From an uncultured Acidimicrobiaceae bacterium (GTDB lineage: Bacteria > Actinomycetota > Acidimicrobiia > Acidimicrobiales > Bog-793): a stretch of 64,000 nucleotides of DNA. The position numbers were made by a program, and so were the translations under genes. This document shows positions 35,501 to 46,812 of the stretch, in pieces (position 1 is the first letter of the stretch; each line of letters begins with the position of its first letter). The stretch covers positions 370,488-434,487 of the forward strand of contig CAVRYE010000012.1 in the NCBI GenBank assembly GCA_963725355.1. Direction: 5' to 3'. The notes below the pieces were generated by a model. That model was not told the DNA's origin. It searched no databases and saw nothing but the letters and a program-made list of their open reading frames with translations.

Positions 35501-36285
35501 AAGGCATCGCCACCCTCTTTTCCATCCTCGACGAGGAGGCGGGCGGCGAAGCCGGCCGGGGAGCCTCGCCGGGCAGCTTTGACGGGACCTGGGTAGCGGT
35601 TCCGGATCTCGAGTTCGATAAGGGCGAGCGGCTGGCCTTCGAGAAGGAGATGCTCGGCCTGTACGTGAGCGACCACCCGCTCATGGGCCTCGAACAGTCA
35701 CTGCGCGACGCCACCGACGTGACGATCCGCGACCTGCTCGACTCGGCTGTGCCGCCGGAGGAGGCCGGCGTTGCCTCGAGCGGCCCGGGAGAGCTCGCCG
35801 AGAGCTTCAGCGTCACGACCGGGGGCGTCGTGACCGCTCTCTCGAGGCGCTACACCCGCCGGGGCGAGGTCATGGCGACCTTTGTGCTTGAAGACCTCGA
35901 AGCTGCCATCGACGTGATGGTCTTCCCGAAGACCATGCTCGAGTTCGGGGCCCTCCTCGAACAGGACGCCATCGTCTCTGTGAAGGGCAGGCTCGACCTC
36001 AGAGAGGACCAACCGAAGCTCATATGCAGGGAGATCCGTCGCCTCAAGCTACAGACTCCCGGTTCTGACCCTCCTGTCGAGGTCGTGCTGCCGTTGAACC
36101 GGCTCACCGATTCGCTTGTGCGCCAGATCCGCGACCTTGTGAGCGAGCACCCCGGCACGTGTGCTGTCCACCTGCGCGTGGGCGAGAAAGTGCTGAGGCT
36201 CCCGCCCCAGTTCAACGTGAATCCGAGGGGCGGCCTCGTAGGTGCTCTGAAGGAGCTGCTCGGTACATCTGCGGTCGCCAACTGA
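32583..36285 (+). pseudogene. dnaE: DNA polymerase III alpha subunit DnaE (DnaE1 type), interrupted by a 1-nt frameshift at about 33027-33030
   Basis: ORF 32583..33314 carries the PHP N-terminus (SFVHLHTHTEYSMLDGA...LEGYYYKP). ORF 32950..36285 continues with PRVDWELLERHHEGLIATTGC... through to the C-terminus. The sequence AAG CCC GCG TGT reads K-P-R-V-D if one C is removed. The true start may be GTG 32604. Confidence 0.9.
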
Positions 36286-36484
36286 TCAGTCGGGGCCACC
36301 CCTGGCAGGTCATCGCTTAGATCCCGTACACTGGTGGGCGGTCCGAGCCGGGGCGTGCGCGGAGAAGCGGTCACGTTGGGGCTCGGCGTCGCCATTAACG
36401 GCAAACCTTTGTGGGGCGGTCACGCACCGTACCCCAGGCGGCCGGGGCGGCAGGTGAGAGCGACGCACGGGAGCACAGGACGTC

Positions 36485-37165
36485 ATGGCCATCGATATCG
36501 AGGTCGCTACGAAGGACTGTACGGCGCTCACTGACGCGGAACTGGCCGAGATGGCAGATCTCTCCGCGGAAGAAAGGGCCGGCTGGGAAGTGGGTTTCCT
36601 CTCCAAGCAGCGCGAGGACTGGGTCCTTGTGACCCAGGTCCGTGACCAGGGCAAGCTGCTCGGATACGCCCTTGCCACTCTCGAGAGGATCGGCGGGACG
36701 CCGAGCCTTCTGATCGGTGTGGCCGCCTTCACCCGCAGCCCGGACGGCGACGAGGCTCTCGGTGCAGCCATGGGCGACCTCTATCGGCGTGCTGTGCTGG
36801 CCTTCCCCGACGAGGACGTCCTCGTTGGGACGAGGTTCGCCCGTGCGCACGGTTTTCGGGCATTCGCGGGACTCGAGGACGTCGTGCCCCGTCCCGATCA
36901 CCGGGCGACAGGCGAAGAGCGTGCCTGGGGCCGCCGCCTGGCCAAGCGCTTCGGCGGGGACGGGAACCTCGACGACCGGACCTTCGTCCTAAAGGGCGAC
37001 GGCGACGCGGCCGGACTGCTCGACTTCGACCCGGTTGATCCACCGACGGACTGCGAGTCGCTCGAATGCCTCTTCACCGCTGTCGACGGCGGGCGCCGCG
37101 ACAGCCTTGTCGCTTTCGGCTGGGCGATGGCCGAAGCGCTCGCCGCCAGCACCCTTCCCCGCTGA
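36485..37165 (+). CDS. Hypothetical protein, weak GNAT-like pattern
   Basis: 226-aa ORF with good GC3 bias. The LVTQVRDQGKLLGYALATLERI...LIGVAAF pattern is reminiscent of the acetyltransferase core. I recognise no firm family. Confidence 0.45.
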   Translation: MAIDIEVATKDCTALTDAELAEMADLSAEERAGWEVGFLSKQREDWVLVTQVRDQGKLLGYALATLERIGGTPSLLIGVAAFTRSPDGDEALGAAMGDLYRRAVLAFPDEDVLVGTRFARAHGFRAFAGLEDVVPRPDHRATGEERAWGRRLAKRFGGDGNLDDRTFVLKGDGDAAGLLDFDPVDPPTDCESLECLFTAVDGGRRDSLVAFGWAMAEALAASTLPR

Positions 37166-37175
37166 CACTCGAGGG

Positions 37176-37928
37176 TCAGGGCCTCGGCAGCACGCCGAGG
37201 ACAAGCTTGGGCGACTGACCCTGGCGAGGCGCCCCGAGCGCGACCACCAGGTACTTCGGTGTGCCTCCGACCGCCTTCTCGACGGCTTCTTTAGCGAGGG
37301 CGCCTCCCCGCGACGGGCCGTCGACCTCGACGACACGCTCGTCGAGCACGGGCAGCTGGTGCTGGCGGCCGGCAAGGATGAACCGGCACCACGTGCCGCG
37401 ACTGTCCCAGGCGAAAACGGGTGGCCTGTCGGGAGCGACCAGTGCCACCGACGGTCGGGAGCCGTCGAGGTCCTCGTAGGAGATCGACGGGCCGAGCGAG
37501 CCGAGAAGGGGCCGCTTCGGGTCGGCCGGCAGCAGCTCTTTTAGGATCCGGCGCACGGCTCGCCGTTTTGGTGTTCCGAGGAGCTGCGGGGCCTTTTGGA
37601 TCATCACGGCCTCGGGGCGGGCGGGATCACTCGGCTCGTCGTCGGCCGCGAGCTCGATCTCGACGACGTCCAGTTCCGGGCCGGTATGGGCTTGGCCTGT
37701 AACCTTCGCCTGCGACGAGGTGGCCCGAGCGAAGGCCGAGTCTGTGGTCACTACGGGCCATCCCGAGGCGCGGCTTCTCACCAGGGCCCCGGTGGCGACG
37801 TCGACCACGACCCACTCGGGGCCCCTCGCAAGAAGAAGGCAGCGGAGCACGCCGCCCGGCGAGTTCACCCGGGCCGCTCCCGGCCGACGGTGCCGGGCGG
37901 AGGGAAGCTTGACGCTGCGGCGCGCCAT
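37176..37928 (-). CDS. Conserved hypothetical protein (250 aa)
   Basis: Its start ATG overlaps the stop of the upstream thioredoxin-domain gene (ATGA at 37926-37930), which implies translational coupling. No recognisable domain. Confidence 0.5.
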   Translation of the reverse strand: MARRSVKLPSARHRRPGAARVNSPGGVLRCLLLARGPEWVVVDVATGALVRSRASGWPVVTTDSAFARATSSQAKVTGQAHTGPELDVVEIELAADDEPSDPARPEAVMIQKAPQLLGTPKRRAVRRILKELLPADPKRPLLGSLGPSISYEDLDGSRPSVALVAPDRPPVFAWDSRGTWCRFILAGRQHQLPVLDERVVEVDGPSRGGALAKEAVEKAVGGTPKYLVVALGAPRQGQSPKLVLGVLPRP

Positions 37929-39931
37929 CAGGTGCCGGTCGCCGATCGCGCCGAGCCGACCAGGTCATCGACATTGTCGACCGGGGCCAGGCATGACCCC
38001 CGCCTGCAGACATAGGCGAGGCCCTCCGCACGCCCGGCGAGGAGCGGGCCCGATCCCCAGGCGAGCACCGCTGTCGGGAAGAAATGTTGCTGTGCCGCCT
38101 GGACCAGGTCCGCCCGCTCGCCCGTGACGACGATCTCGACCGGTCCTTTCTCGTAAAGAGCGGCGGCGAGCAGCATCTCTGCTAGCCCAAGGGGAGCCAC
38201 CTCGAGCTCGGCGCGACTGGCGCGCAGGATCTGTTCGGAGGCTTGCTGGAGCCCGGCGTCCGCGAGAACGGCGCCGAGCCGGGCGAGGGCCACGGCCGCG
38301 ACCGAACCGGCCGAGGGCGTAACGCCATCGTGCGCATCGCGAGGACGGACGACGAGAGGATCGGCGTCACTCCCGGTCGTGAACAAAAGGCCGCTCTTGT
38401 CGTCGCCGAAGAGCCGGAGCAGCTCGTGGGCGAAGCCTTCGGCTCGCTCGGTCCACTCGATGTCACCGGAAAGCTCTCCAAGGCGCGTGCAGCAGTCGAC
38501 CAACCAGGCGTAGTCGGCCGCATAGCCGGGCAGGCTCGCCCGGCCTTGGCACCAGGAACGCAGCACTCTCCCATCCTCATCCACCAGGTGCTCGAGCAGC
38601 CAGCCGGTGATCTCCTGCGCACCCTCTGCCCAGTCCCGGCGACCCGTAGCCGCGGCCGCCTCGGCGAGCGTCGCGCACATCATGGCGTTCCACTCCGTGA
38701 TCACCTTGTCGTCGAGGCCGGGGCGCACGCGATGAGAGCGGGCTTCGCGCAGCCTCGCCCGGGCCGCTTCGATCTCGGCCGGTCGCAGGAGATCACCGCG
38801 CCGGGCCAAGTGCAAGACGTTGCGGCCTTCGAAATTGCCCTCCTCTGTCACCCCGTACCAACCGGCCGCCGCCGCGGCGCTCTCGCCAAGGACCGCTGCG
38901 AGTTCCTCGGGCGACCACAGGTAGTACCGGCCCTCTTCGCCCTCTGAGTCTGCGTCCTCCGCCGAGGACAGGGCGCCACCTTGTTGACGTAGGTCCCCGA
39001 GCACGTAGGACAACGTCTCGTCCAGCACCTGCAAGAAACGGGCGTCGCCGCCAATCTGCCAGGCGTGGAGGTAGACACGGGCGATGAGGGCCTGGTCGTA
39101 GAGCATCTTCTCGAAGTGCGGCACGGACCAGTGACTGTCGACCGAGTAGCGGGAGAAGCCACCCCCTAGATGGTCGTAGATGCCGCCCGAGGCCATCGCG
39201 AGCAAGGTCCGTTCCACCATCTCGAAAGACCGTGGCGAGCCGGAGCGGACGTGGTGGCGCAGGCACAGGTCCAACAACAGCGGCTGCGGAAACTTCGGGG
39301 CGGAGCCGAACCCGCCGTCGCGGCGATCGAAGATGGAGCTCAGCTGCTCGACTGCCTTGTCCTCGAGCTCGGTCGCGCGAAGCGGCCGGCGCAGGTGCGC
39401 CTCGCCGGGCTCGGTCTCTGGCACGGATGGTGACAACCGTCTGGCGACGGCATCGGTGAGGGCACGGGCTCCTTTCAAGATGTCGCCACGGCGCGAGGCC
39501 CAGGCATCGATGACTGCTTCGAGCACCTGGCCGAAAGAGGCCATGCCATGGCGGGGGCGGTCGGGGAAGTAAGTGCCGGCGAGGAAGGGGAGCCCCTCGG
39601 GCGTAGCGAAGATGCTCATCGGCCAGCCGCCCTGGCCCGTGGCCGCCTGCACCGCCTCCATATAGACGGCATCAAGGTCCGGGTGCTCCTCCCGGTCGAC
39701 CTTCACGCTCACGAAGTTCTCGTTCATCACCTCCGCCGTTGAAGGGTCGGAGAACGACTCATGCGCCATGACGTGGCACCAGTGGCAAGCCGAGTAGCCG
39801 ATGGAGATGAACAGCGGTCGGTCCAGTTCCTTCGCCGTCGCCAGGGCCTGAGCGCCCCAGGGGAACCAGTCGACAGGGTCTGATGCGTGCTGGCGCAGGT
39901 AAGGGCTGGTCTGGTCGCCGAGCCGGTTCAA
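37928..39931 (-). CDS. Thioredoxin-domain protein of the DUF255/YyaL family (N-terminal Trx-like domain + six-hairpin glycosidase-like domain)
   Basis: [54 protein letters not shown] is the signature N-terminus of this family. Length is 667 aa. Confidence 0.85.
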   Translation of the reverse strand: MNRLGDQTSPYLRQHASDPVDWFPWGAQALATAKELDRPLFISIGYSACHWCHVMAHESFSDPSTAEVMNENFVSVKVDREEHPDLDAVYMEAVQAATGQGGWPMSIFATPEGLPFLAGTYFPDRPRHGMASFGQVLEAVIDAWASRRGDILKGARALTDAVARRLSPSVPETEPGEAHLRRPLRATELEDKAVEQLSSIFDRRDGGFGSAPKFPQPLLLDLCLRHHVRSGSPRSFEMVERTLLAMASGGIYDHLGGGFSRYSVDSHWSVPHFEKMLYDQALIARVYLHAWQIGGDARFLQVLDETLSYVLGDLRQQGGALSSAEDADSEGEEGRYYLWSPEELAAVLGESAAAAAGWYGVTEEGNFEGRNVLHLARRGDLLRPAEIEAARARLREARSHRVRPGLDDKVITEWNAMMCATLAEAAAATGRRDWAEGAQEITGWLLEHLVDEDGRVLRSWCQGRASLPGYAADYAWLVDCCTRLGELSGDIEWTERAEGFAHELLRLFGDDKSGLLFTTGSDADPLVVRPRDAHDGVTPSAGSVAAVALARLGAVLADAGLQQASEQILRASRAELEVAPLGLAEMLLAAALYEKGPVEIVVTGERADLVQAAQQHFFPTAVLAWGSGPLLAGRAEGLAYVCRRGSCLAPVDNVDDLVGSARSATGT

Positions 39932-40016
39932 AGCTGCCGACCGAATTGGGCTCGAGAGGTCTTCACGCGAGGAATCTACGGCCCCCGCCTTTCTTGCTCG
40001 GTCCTTGACGGTTGCT

Positions 40017-41183
40017 TCACTGGGCCCGTGCGCGGCGGCCGTCGAGGCCCGCCAGCTCGATCCGGCTCACCTTTCCGATCGCGGTGCGGGGCAGGCTGTC
40101 GACGACCACCAGCTCACGAGGAGCGGCGAAGGGCGCCAATTCCTCACCTACGAGCTCGCGCAGCTCGGCGAGCAGCACGGCGGTCTCGAGTGCCAGCCCG
40201 GCCGGGGAGGCTACGACGTAGGCCACAAGGCGCTCGCCCCAGTCCGGGTCGGGACGGCCCCCGACGGCCGCCTCGAGCACGCCGGGGTGGCGTCTAAGTA
40301 CGTGTTCGACCTGGACCGGCCATATGTTCTCCCCGCCTGAGATGACGGCGTCGTCGAGGCGGCCGAGTACCGAAAGGCGACCCTTGTCGTCCATTTCACC
40401 GGCATCGCCCGTTGGGAGCCAGCCGTCACGCGTCTTCGGGTCGGTCCCGTCCCTGTAACAGCGCAACAGCATGGGGCCGCGGAGCAAGACCTCGCCCGCG
40501 ACGAGGCGCACTTCGACCCCCTCGAGGGGTCGCCCGTCATAGACGACTCCCGAGCCCGTCTCGGTCATGCCGTAGGTGGTGACCGTGTTTGCCGGCCGGT
40601 CAGCGGGGGGTTGCTGGCCGCCGAGGACGATTGTGCGGAAGAGCTGAGCGCCGTCCGGCCCGAGGCGAGAGAGGGCTGTTGGCACGAGGCTCACGAGCGT
40701 CGCTCCCCGCTCGAGGGCGGCAGCTCTTGCCTGCTCGGCCGAGAAGCGGGGCTGGATCTCGACAGGTATCGAGGTCAACAGGGCCCGCGTGACAACCGAG
40801 AGTCCCCCAACATGCGACAGCGGCAGGCAGGCGAGCCACCGGTCCCGGGCCGGGTCAACCCCGAGCCTCGCGCTCGTCGAGTGGGCCGAGGCTGCGACTG
40901 CGTCGTGGGTGAGGACGACTCCTTTGGGCTCCCCGGTCGTCCCGCTCGTGGCGACGACAAGGGCGTCACCGGCCTCCACCAGCTCGCCGCCCTCGAGCGC
41001 GCTCGTCGTCCCGGAGGCATCGACGAGGGCGGAGGGTCGCAGGGCCTCGACGAGCCTGGCCAAGGCCGGCGGAGAAAGGCGCGTGTCGAGGGGAAGGACT
41101 GCGTCGCCCTCGTCCCAGCAGCGCTTGAGCGCTTCGGCGAAGGCCGCGCCTCCACCGAGACCGAGAGCGACAAGCCGGCGCAC
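40017..41183 (-). CDS. menE: o-Succinylbenzoate-CoA ligase (short actinobacterial MenE type)
   Basis: AMP-binding motifs [22 protein letters not shown] and [13 protein letters not shown]. It is divergent from menB within the men cluster. Confidence 0.75.
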   Translation of the reverse strand: MRRLVALGLGGGAAFAEALKRCWDEGDAVLPLDTRLSPPALARLVEALRPSALVDASGTTSALEGGELVEAGDALVVATSGTTGEPKGVVLTHDAVAASAHSTSARLGVDPARDRWLACLPLSHVGGLSVVTRALLTSIPVEIQPRFSAEQARAAALERGATLVSLVPTALSRLGPDGAQLFRTIVLGGQQPPADRPANTVTTYGMTETGSGVVYDGRPLEGVEVRLVAGEVLLRGPMLLRCYRDGTDPKTRDGWLPTGDAGEMDDKGRLSVLGRLDDAVISGGENIWPVQVEHVLRRHPGVLEAAVGGRPDPDWGERLVAYVVASPAGLALETAVLLAELRELVGEELAPFAAPRELVVVDSLPRTAIGKVSRIELAGLDGRRARAQ

Positions 41184-41232
41184 TTAGAAAGCGTACGGGG
41201 ATGTGCCTGCGACCCGCATTAACGTGCAGCCG

Positions 41233-42069
41233 ATGACCGCCGTGGAATGGACGAACAAGGGCGACTACAAGGACATCGCCTACGAGACGGCGGGCGGTAT
41301 CGCCAAGTTGACGATCTGCCGCCCAGAGGTGCGCAACGCCTTTCGCCCCCAGACGCTCTTCGAGCTTCAACGGGCATTCGAGCTGGCACACGACGACCCC
41401 GACATCGGTGTCGTCGTCCTCACGGGTCAAGGTCCCGACGCCTTTTGTTCGGGGGGTGACCAACGTGTCCGGGGCGAGGATGGCTACCTGGGCGACGACG
41501 AGGTGGCCGGTCGCGGCATCGGGCGGCTCAACGTCTTGGACCTGCAGGTGCAGATCCGCCGGCTGCCCAAACCTGTCATAGCCATGGTCGCCGGCTACGC
41601 CATTGGCGGCGGTCACGTCCTTCACCTGGTCTGCGACCTGACCATCGCGGCCGAAAACGCCCGTTTCGGCCAGACCGGGCCGAAGGTGGGCAGCTTCGAC
41701 GGTGGCTACGGAGCAGGGCTGCTGGCGCGGACCATCGGCCTCAAACGGGCAAAGGAGATCTGGTTTCTCTGTCGCCAGTACGACGCAGCCCAGGCTCTTG
41801 ACTGGGGGCTCGTGAACGCCGTCGTCCCTCTCGATCGCCTGGAGGACGAGACGGTCAAGTGGTGCGAGGAGATCCTCGCCCTCTCGCCCATGGCCCTGCG
41901 CATGCTGAAGGCAGGCTTCAACGCCGCCGACGACGGCCTTGCCGGCATCCAGCAGCTGGCCGGGGACACGACGATGCTCTTCTACATGTCCGAGGAGGGC
42001 CAGGAGGGACGCAACGCCTATGTCGACAAACGCCGGCCTGACTTCTCACGGTTCCCCCGACGTCCCTGA
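41233..42069 (+). CDS. menB: 1,4-Dihydroxy-2-naphthoyl-CoA synthase
   Basis: In ORF 41203..42069. Crotonase fold with [32 protein letters not shown] and the C-terminal [15 protein letters not shown]. Confidence 0.9.
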   Translation: MTAVEWTNKGDYKDIAYETAGGIAKLTICRPEVRNAFRPQTLFELQRAFELAHDDPDIGVVVLTGQGPDAFCSGGDQRVRGEDGYLGDDEVAGRGIGRLNVLDLQVQIRRLPKPVIAMVAGYAIGGGHVLHLVCDLTIAAENARFGQTGPKVGSFDGGYGAGLLARTIGLKRAKEIWFLCRQYDAAQALDWGLVNAVVPLDRLEDETVKWCEEILALSPMALRMLKAGFNAADDGLAGIQQLAGDTTMLFYMSEEGQEGRNAYVDKRRPDFSRFPRRP

Positions 42070-42088
42070 GGACGCGGGCGGCCACCGC

Positions 42089-42955
42089 GTGACGACCGCT
42101 CGCGAGTGGGCGGCCGGTCCGCGTCCTCGGACCCTTCCGGCCGCGGTGGTACCGGTACTCGTGGGCACGGCGGTCGCCTCGGCTGGCGGCCCGGTGATCT
42201 GGTGGCGCGCGCTTTACGCCATGATCGTCGCCCTCGGCATACAGATCGGCACCAACTATGCCAACGACTACTCCGACGGGGTCCGGGGCACAGATGCCGA
42301 GCGCGTCGGGCCGGTCCGCCTTGTCGCGTCGGGCCTCGCGTCACCGCGCGACGTCAAGGCCGCCTCGTTCTTTTCCTTCGGCGTGGCCGGGGCAGCCGGG
42401 CTCGTGCTCGCGCTCGCCACGACGCCCTGGCTGTTGGTAGTCGGAGCGGTGTGCTTCGCGGCCGGATGGTTCTACTCGGGCGGATCCAAGCCGTACGGGT
42501 ACGCCGGCTACGGGGAGCTGTTCGTCTTCGTCTTTTTCGGCCTCGTCGCCGTCGTCGGCACCGAGTACGTCAACCTCGGCCACATAACCTCACTGGCCCT
42601 CACGGCCGCCTTCCCCGTCGGGTTCCTCGCCACCGCCTTGCTCGTGGTCAACAACCTGCGCGACATCGACACCGACATGCGCGCCGGCAAGAAGACCTTG
42701 GCGGTGCGCTCGGGGGCTGAGGCGACCCGGGGCTTCTACACCGCTCTTGTGGCCGGGGCGTTCCTCCTCGTCGTCATCATCGCCTTTTTCAGGCCCGGTG
42801 CCCTGATCGCCCTGCTCGCGATCGTGCCTGCTCTCTGGCCCTTGCGCAGGGTGCTGGGCGGCGCCGAAGGCCGGGACCTGGTGCCGGCCCTCGCCGGGAC
42901 GGGGATGCTGCAGCTCGTCTTCGGGGCTCTGCTCGCCCTCGGGATCGCCCTGTGA
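42089..42955 (+). CDS. menA: 1,4-Dihydroxy-2-naphthoate polyprenyltransferase
   Basis: In ORF 41939..42955. I chose GTG 42089 because it lies just after the menB stop; ATG 42020 is an alternative. UbiA-family motif [14 protein letters not shown] with multiple TM segments. Confidence 0.8.
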   Translation: MTTAREWAAGPRPRTLPAAVVPVLVGTAVASAGGPVIWWRALYAMIVALGIQIGTNYANDYSDGVRGTDAERVGPVRLVASGLASPRDVKAASFFSFGVAGAAGLVLALATTPWLLVVGAVCFAAGWFYSGGSKPYGYAGYGELFVFVFFGLVAVVGTEYVNLGHITSLALTAAFPVGFLATALLVVNNLRDIDTDMRAGKKTLAVRSGAEATRGFYTALVAGAFLLVVIIAFFRPGALIALLAIVPALWPLRRVLGGAEGRDLVPALAGTGMLQLVFGALLALGIAL

Positions 42956-42975
42956 AACCCGCCTGCCCGCCCGGC

Positions 42976-43749
42976 TCAGGTGCCGGCGGTGAGGAACTCA
43001 CGCAGGAGAAAGACGAAGTCGTCTGGACGCTCGAAGCAGGCGGCATGGCCGGCCCCGGCCATGACAGCCAGACGGGCGTTGGGGCCGATGAGCTCGGCCG
43101 TACGCGCTGCGATCGGGCGGAACTTGTCATCGCTTTCCCCGACCACGACGAGCACGGGCATCTCGAGCTCGTGGAGACGGTCCCACAGCGGCGCTTGCGT
43201 GCCGGTCCCTGCCGTCCTGAGCGAGGCCGCCAGGCCTGCGGCAGTGTTGGAAAGGCGCGAGGCCCGGTCGGCTTGTTCTTGGCTCAGGTGGGCGAAAAGC
43301 GGCCCGGCGAGCCAGGCGTCGACGAACTCGGGAACCTTGTCGTCTCCTCCTCTCTCTATCTCGGAGGCAAGCAGCTCATCGGCCTCCAGGCGTTGGCGCC
43401 TTTGCTCGGCGTCTTCGATGCCCGGGTGCGCCCCGACGACGACAAGGCGCGCGACGAGGTCGGGTTGCTGGAGCGCCAAGTGCAACAGGTGGCGGGCACC
43501 GAGGGAATAGCCGACGTAGGTGGCGGCACCGCCAGCTCGGGCGAGCGCCTCTGCTGCTTTGAAAAGGCCCATCGCCGGCTCGGGCATGGGCGAGCGCCCG
43601 TGACCGGGGAGCTCGACGGTCATGACCTCGAATCGGTCCCCAAGCCCGGAACAGACGCGCGCCCACGAGCCGGCCGTCTGGGTAAAGCCGTGGACGAGCA
43701 CGACGCGGGGGCCGTGGCCCCGCCTCGTCGTGTGAAGAGCGTCGGTCAC
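42976..43749 (-). CDS. menH: 2-Succinyl-6-hydroxy-2,4-cyclohexadiene-1-carboxylate synthase (alpha/beta hydrolase)
   Basis: VVLVHGFTQTAGSW, nucleophile elbow GYSLGA, and position between menA and menD. Confidence 0.7.
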   Translation of the reverse strand: MTDALHTTRRGHGPRVVLVHGFTQTAGSWARVCSGLGDRFEVMTVELPGHGRSPMPEPAMGLFKAAEALARAGGAATYVGYSLGARHLLHLALQQPDLVARLVVVGAHPGIEDAEQRRQRLEADELLASEIERGGDDKVPEFVDAWLAGPLFAHLSQEQADRASRLSNTAAGLAASLRTAGTGTQAPLWDRLHELEMPVLVVVGESDDKFRPIAARTAELIGPNARLAVMAGAGHAACFERPDDFVFLLREFLTAGT

Positions 43750-43754
43750 CGCCG

Positions 43755-45512
43755 GTGACGGTAGCGGCCAGCTTCTGCGCCACGCTCGTCGACGAGTGGG
43801 TCCGCGCCGGGCTGACCGACGCTGTGATCGCCCCCGGCTCGCGCTCGACCCCGCTCGCGGTCGCTCTCGCCCGTGAGAGCCGCATCGCCTTGCACGTGCG
43901 CTTGGACGAGCGCTCGGCCGGGTTCTTCGCCCTCGGCATAGGCCTCGCCACGGCTCGCCCGGCGATCCTGCTCACAACGAGCGGAACGGCCGCCCTCGAG
44001 GTGCATGCCGCCGTCGTAGAGGCGCACCTGTCGCGTGTGCCCATGATCGTCTGCACGGCGGACCGCCCTCCCGAGCTGCACCACGTCGGCGCCCCTCAGA
44101 CGATTGAGCAGGTGGGCGCGTTCGGCGGGGCGCTGCGCTGGGCGGCCGATCCCGGAGTGCCCGACGACTCCACCCGCTGGGCGTGGCGATCACTGGCGAG
44201 TCGTCTCGTCGCCGAGGCCACGGCTGGGCCGATGGGACCGGGCCCGGTGCACGCCAACCTGGCTTTTCGTGAGCCCCTCCTCGAGGCGCCCGGCGAGCTG
44301 CCTCCGGGGAGGCGCAACGGTCGTCCTTGGCACCGCGTGGACGCGGTGGGCAAGGTTCTCGAGCCGGCCTGTCTCGACACACTCGTAGGCCTCGCCCGCC
44401 CGGCGGCCCGGGGCATCATCCTTGCCGGGGCGGGCGCGGGGCGTCCCGAGATGGTCCGCCATCTCGCCTCCACCTTGGGCTGGCCCGTCGTCGCCGACCC
44501 GCGTTCTGGAGCCCGCGTCCCCGGTGAGCCCGGCGCCCCGACGATCGCCGCCGCCGATGCACTGCTTCGCGTGGATGGCTTTGCCTCAGAGCAGGTTCCC
44601 GAGATCGTCCTGCGCCTGGGCGAGCCGTGGGCCTCCAAGGTCGTTGCAGGCTGGCTGGCCTCGTGCGCGGCGGCCGGTGCCCTCCAGGTGCTCGTCGATC
44701 CGGACTGGGCCTGGCGGGACCCAGGGCGCGAGGCGGACGTCGTGATCGCGGCTGATCCCGACCGGGTACTCGGGGCCCTGGCGCTGCGCGTGGCCAAAGA
44801 TGACCGCTCGGCGCCCTCGAGCTGGGCGCAGGCCTGGGCGGAGGCTGAGCACAGCGCGCAGGTGGCGATCTCGGCCGTTTTGGACCGCCACCTCGAAGTG
44901 ACCGAGCCTGGCGTCGCGCGAGGGCTGTTCGCCTGGTCCCCCCCGGGCTCGACCGTGGTGGCGTCGTCCTCCATGCCGGTGCGAGACCTCGAGTGGTTCG
45001 CTGCGCCCCGTTCCGACCCGCCTCGGGTGCTCGCCAACCGGGGGGCGAATGGCATCGACGGGGTGGCCTCGACGACCCTCGGTGTCGCCGCGGCGGCCGC
45101 GGGAACGGGAGGCCCCGTTCTCGGGCTGCTCGGGGACCTGGCCTTCTTGCACGACTCGACGGCGCTCATACGGGGCCGCCGTGAGCCGTCTCTCGCCGCC
45201 GTGCTCGTCGTGATCGACAACGGGGGCGGTGGCATCTTCTCCTTCCTGCCCCAGGCCCCGGCACTCGAAGAGGCGCTCTTCGAGAGGTTGTTCGGCACCC
45301 CGCAGAGGATCGACGTCGCAGACCTGGCCCGGGCGGCGGGCTGCGACACCCTCGAGGTCGGCGCGAGCCGCGAGCTAGCGGGCCAGCTCGACTCGGCGCT
45401 GGGCCAGGCGGCTCGCCGTGGCCCGGCAGTGGTCGTCGTACGTACCGACCGCAAGGCGAACATCGCCCTTCACGAAGAGCTGGGGGCAGAAGTCGCCCTC
45501 GCCCTGTCTTGA
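43755..45512 (+). CDS. menD: 2-Succinyl-5-enolpyruvyl-6-hydroxy-3-cyclohexene-1-carboxylate synthase
   Basis: 585 aa, ThDP-dependent. FCATLVDEWVRAGLTDAVIAPGSRSTPLA...TSGTAALE...GANGIDG...NGGGGIF. Confidence 0.85.
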   Translation: MTVAASFCATLVDEWVRAGLTDAVIAPGSRSTPLAVALARESRIALHVRLDERSAGFFALGIGLATARPAILLTTSGTAALEVHAAVVEAHLSRVPMIVCTADRPPELHHVGAPQTIEQVGAFGGALRWAADPGVPDDSTRWAWRSLASRLVAEATAGPMGPGPVHANLAFREPLLEAPGELPPGRRNGRPWHRVDAVGKVLEPACLDTLVGLARPAARGIILAGAGAGRPEMVRHLASTLGWPVVADPRSGARVPGEPGAPTIAAADALLRVDGFASEQVPEIVLRLGEPWASKVVAGWLASCAAAGALQVLVDPDWAWRDPGREADVVIAADPDRVLGALALRVAKDDRSAPSSWAQAWAEAEHSAQVAISAVLDRHLEVTEPGVARGLFAWSPPGSTVVASSSMPVRDLEWFAAPRSDPPRVLANRGANGIDGVASTTLGVAAAAAGTGGPVLGLLGDLAFLHDSTALIRGRREPSLAAVLVVIDNGGGGIFSFLPQAPALEEALFERLFGTPQRIDVADLARAAGCDTLEVGASRELAGQLDSALGQAARRGPAVVVVRTDRKANIALHEELGAEVALALS

Positions 45513-45528
45513 GTGGCACGCTTGGACG

Positions 45529-46812
45529 ATGGGCAAGATCTCCGAGGACCTGGCTTTTCGCGGGCTCGTCCAGCAGGTGAGCGACGAAGCTCTCTGGACG
45601 CTGCTCGACTCCGGCAAGACCACGGCCTACGCCGGGTTCGACCCGACCTCTGACAGCCTGCATGTCGGCAACCTGTTAGGCATCTTGACCCTGCGCCGTC
45701 TGCAGCAGGCCGGGCACCGCCCGATCCTTCTCGCCGGGGGCGGGACCGGGATGATCGGTGACCCGGGTGGGAAGTCGTCCGAGCGGCCCCTCCTAGAACG
45801 CGAGCAGCTGGCGGCGAACCTCGAGGCGATCCGTGCCCAGCTCGGTGGCCTGCTCGACATGTCGCCCGCCGCTGGTGAAGCGAGCGGGCTGCTGCTCGAC
45901 AACTCCGAATGGCTCTGCGCCTACGGGTTCATCGACTTCCTGCGCGATGTGGGCAAGCACTTCACCGTCAATCAGATGGTGGCCAAGGAGTCGGTGAGGA
46001 CCCGCCTCGAAAGGCCCGAGCAGGGCATCTCCTACACCGAATTCAGCTACATGCTGCTACAGGCCTACGACTACCTCCACCTTCACGACAGCTTCGGCTG
46101 CCGCCTCCAGCTCGGGGGCAGCGACCAGTGGGGCAACATCACCTTGGGCCTCGAGCTCATCCGCAAGGTACGCGGCGAAGAGGCCTTCGCCCTCACCTGG
46201 CCCCTGCTGTTGCGCGTGGACGGCACCAAGTACGGAAAGAGCGAGTCGGGGGCTGTCTGGCTCGACCCGGCCAAGTCGTCGCCGTACGAGATGTACCAGT
46301 TCTTCGTCAGGACTCCGGACGAGGACGTGGGGATCTTGTTGCGCCAGTTCACCTTCCTTTCACGCGAGGAGATCGAGGGCCTCGAGGCCGACACCAAGCA
46401 GTCTCCTCAAGAGCGCAAGGCCCAACAGGCACTCGCCCGGGCCGTGTGCAGCCTCGTGCACGGCGAAGCCGAGACGGACAAGGCAGCCGTGGCGTCGCGG
46501 GCGTTGTTCTCAGAAGACGTCGCAGCCCTCGACGAAGCGATGCTCCTCGAGGTGTTCGGCGACGCCCCGTCCTCGCGCTTTAGGCGCCCGGACCTCGATT
46601 CCGGCCTGCCCCTCGTCGACGCGCTCGTGACGACCGGGCTCGCCCCCTCCAAGACAGCCGCCCGGACCGCCATCGCCCAGGGCGGGGTCTATGTGAACAA
46701 TCGCCGGCGCAACGACGCCGAGGCCCGATTGGGGCGCGACGATCTCCTGGCCGACCGCTATGTGGTGCTGCGCAGGGGGCGGCGCGACTACCACCTCTTG
46801 CGATTCGAGTGA
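45529..46812 (+). CDS. tyrS: Tyrosine-tRNA ligase
   Basis: ATG 45529 lies in ORF 45418..46812. AYAGFDPTSDSLHVGNL (HIGH-type), KYGKSES (KMSKS-type) and a C-terminal S4 domain. Confidence 0.9.
   Translation: MGKISEDLAFRGLVQQVSDEALWTLLDSGKTTAYAGFDPTSDSLHVGNLLGILTLRRLQQAGHRPILLAGGGTGMIGDPGGKSSERPLLEREQLAANLEAIRAQLGGLLDMSPAAGEASGLLLDNSEWLCAYGFIDFLRDVGKHFTVNQMVAKESVRTRLERPEQGISYTEFSYMLLQAYDYLHLHDSFGCRLQLGGSDQWGNITLGLELIRKVRGEEAFALTWPLLLRVDGTKYGKSESGAVWLDPAKSSPYEMYQFFVRTPDEDVGILLRQFTFLSREEIEGLEADTKQSPQERKAQQALARAVCSLVHGEAETDKAAVASRALFSEDVAALDEAMLLEVFGDAPSSRFRRPDLDSGLPLVDALVTTGLAPSKTAARTAIAQGGVYVNNRRRNDAEARLGRDDLLADRYVVLRRGRRDYHLLRFE

Noticed and set aside
44096-45463. A 455-aa minus ORF.
   Set aside because: It is antisense to menD and has Ser/Ala/Arg/Pro low complexity.
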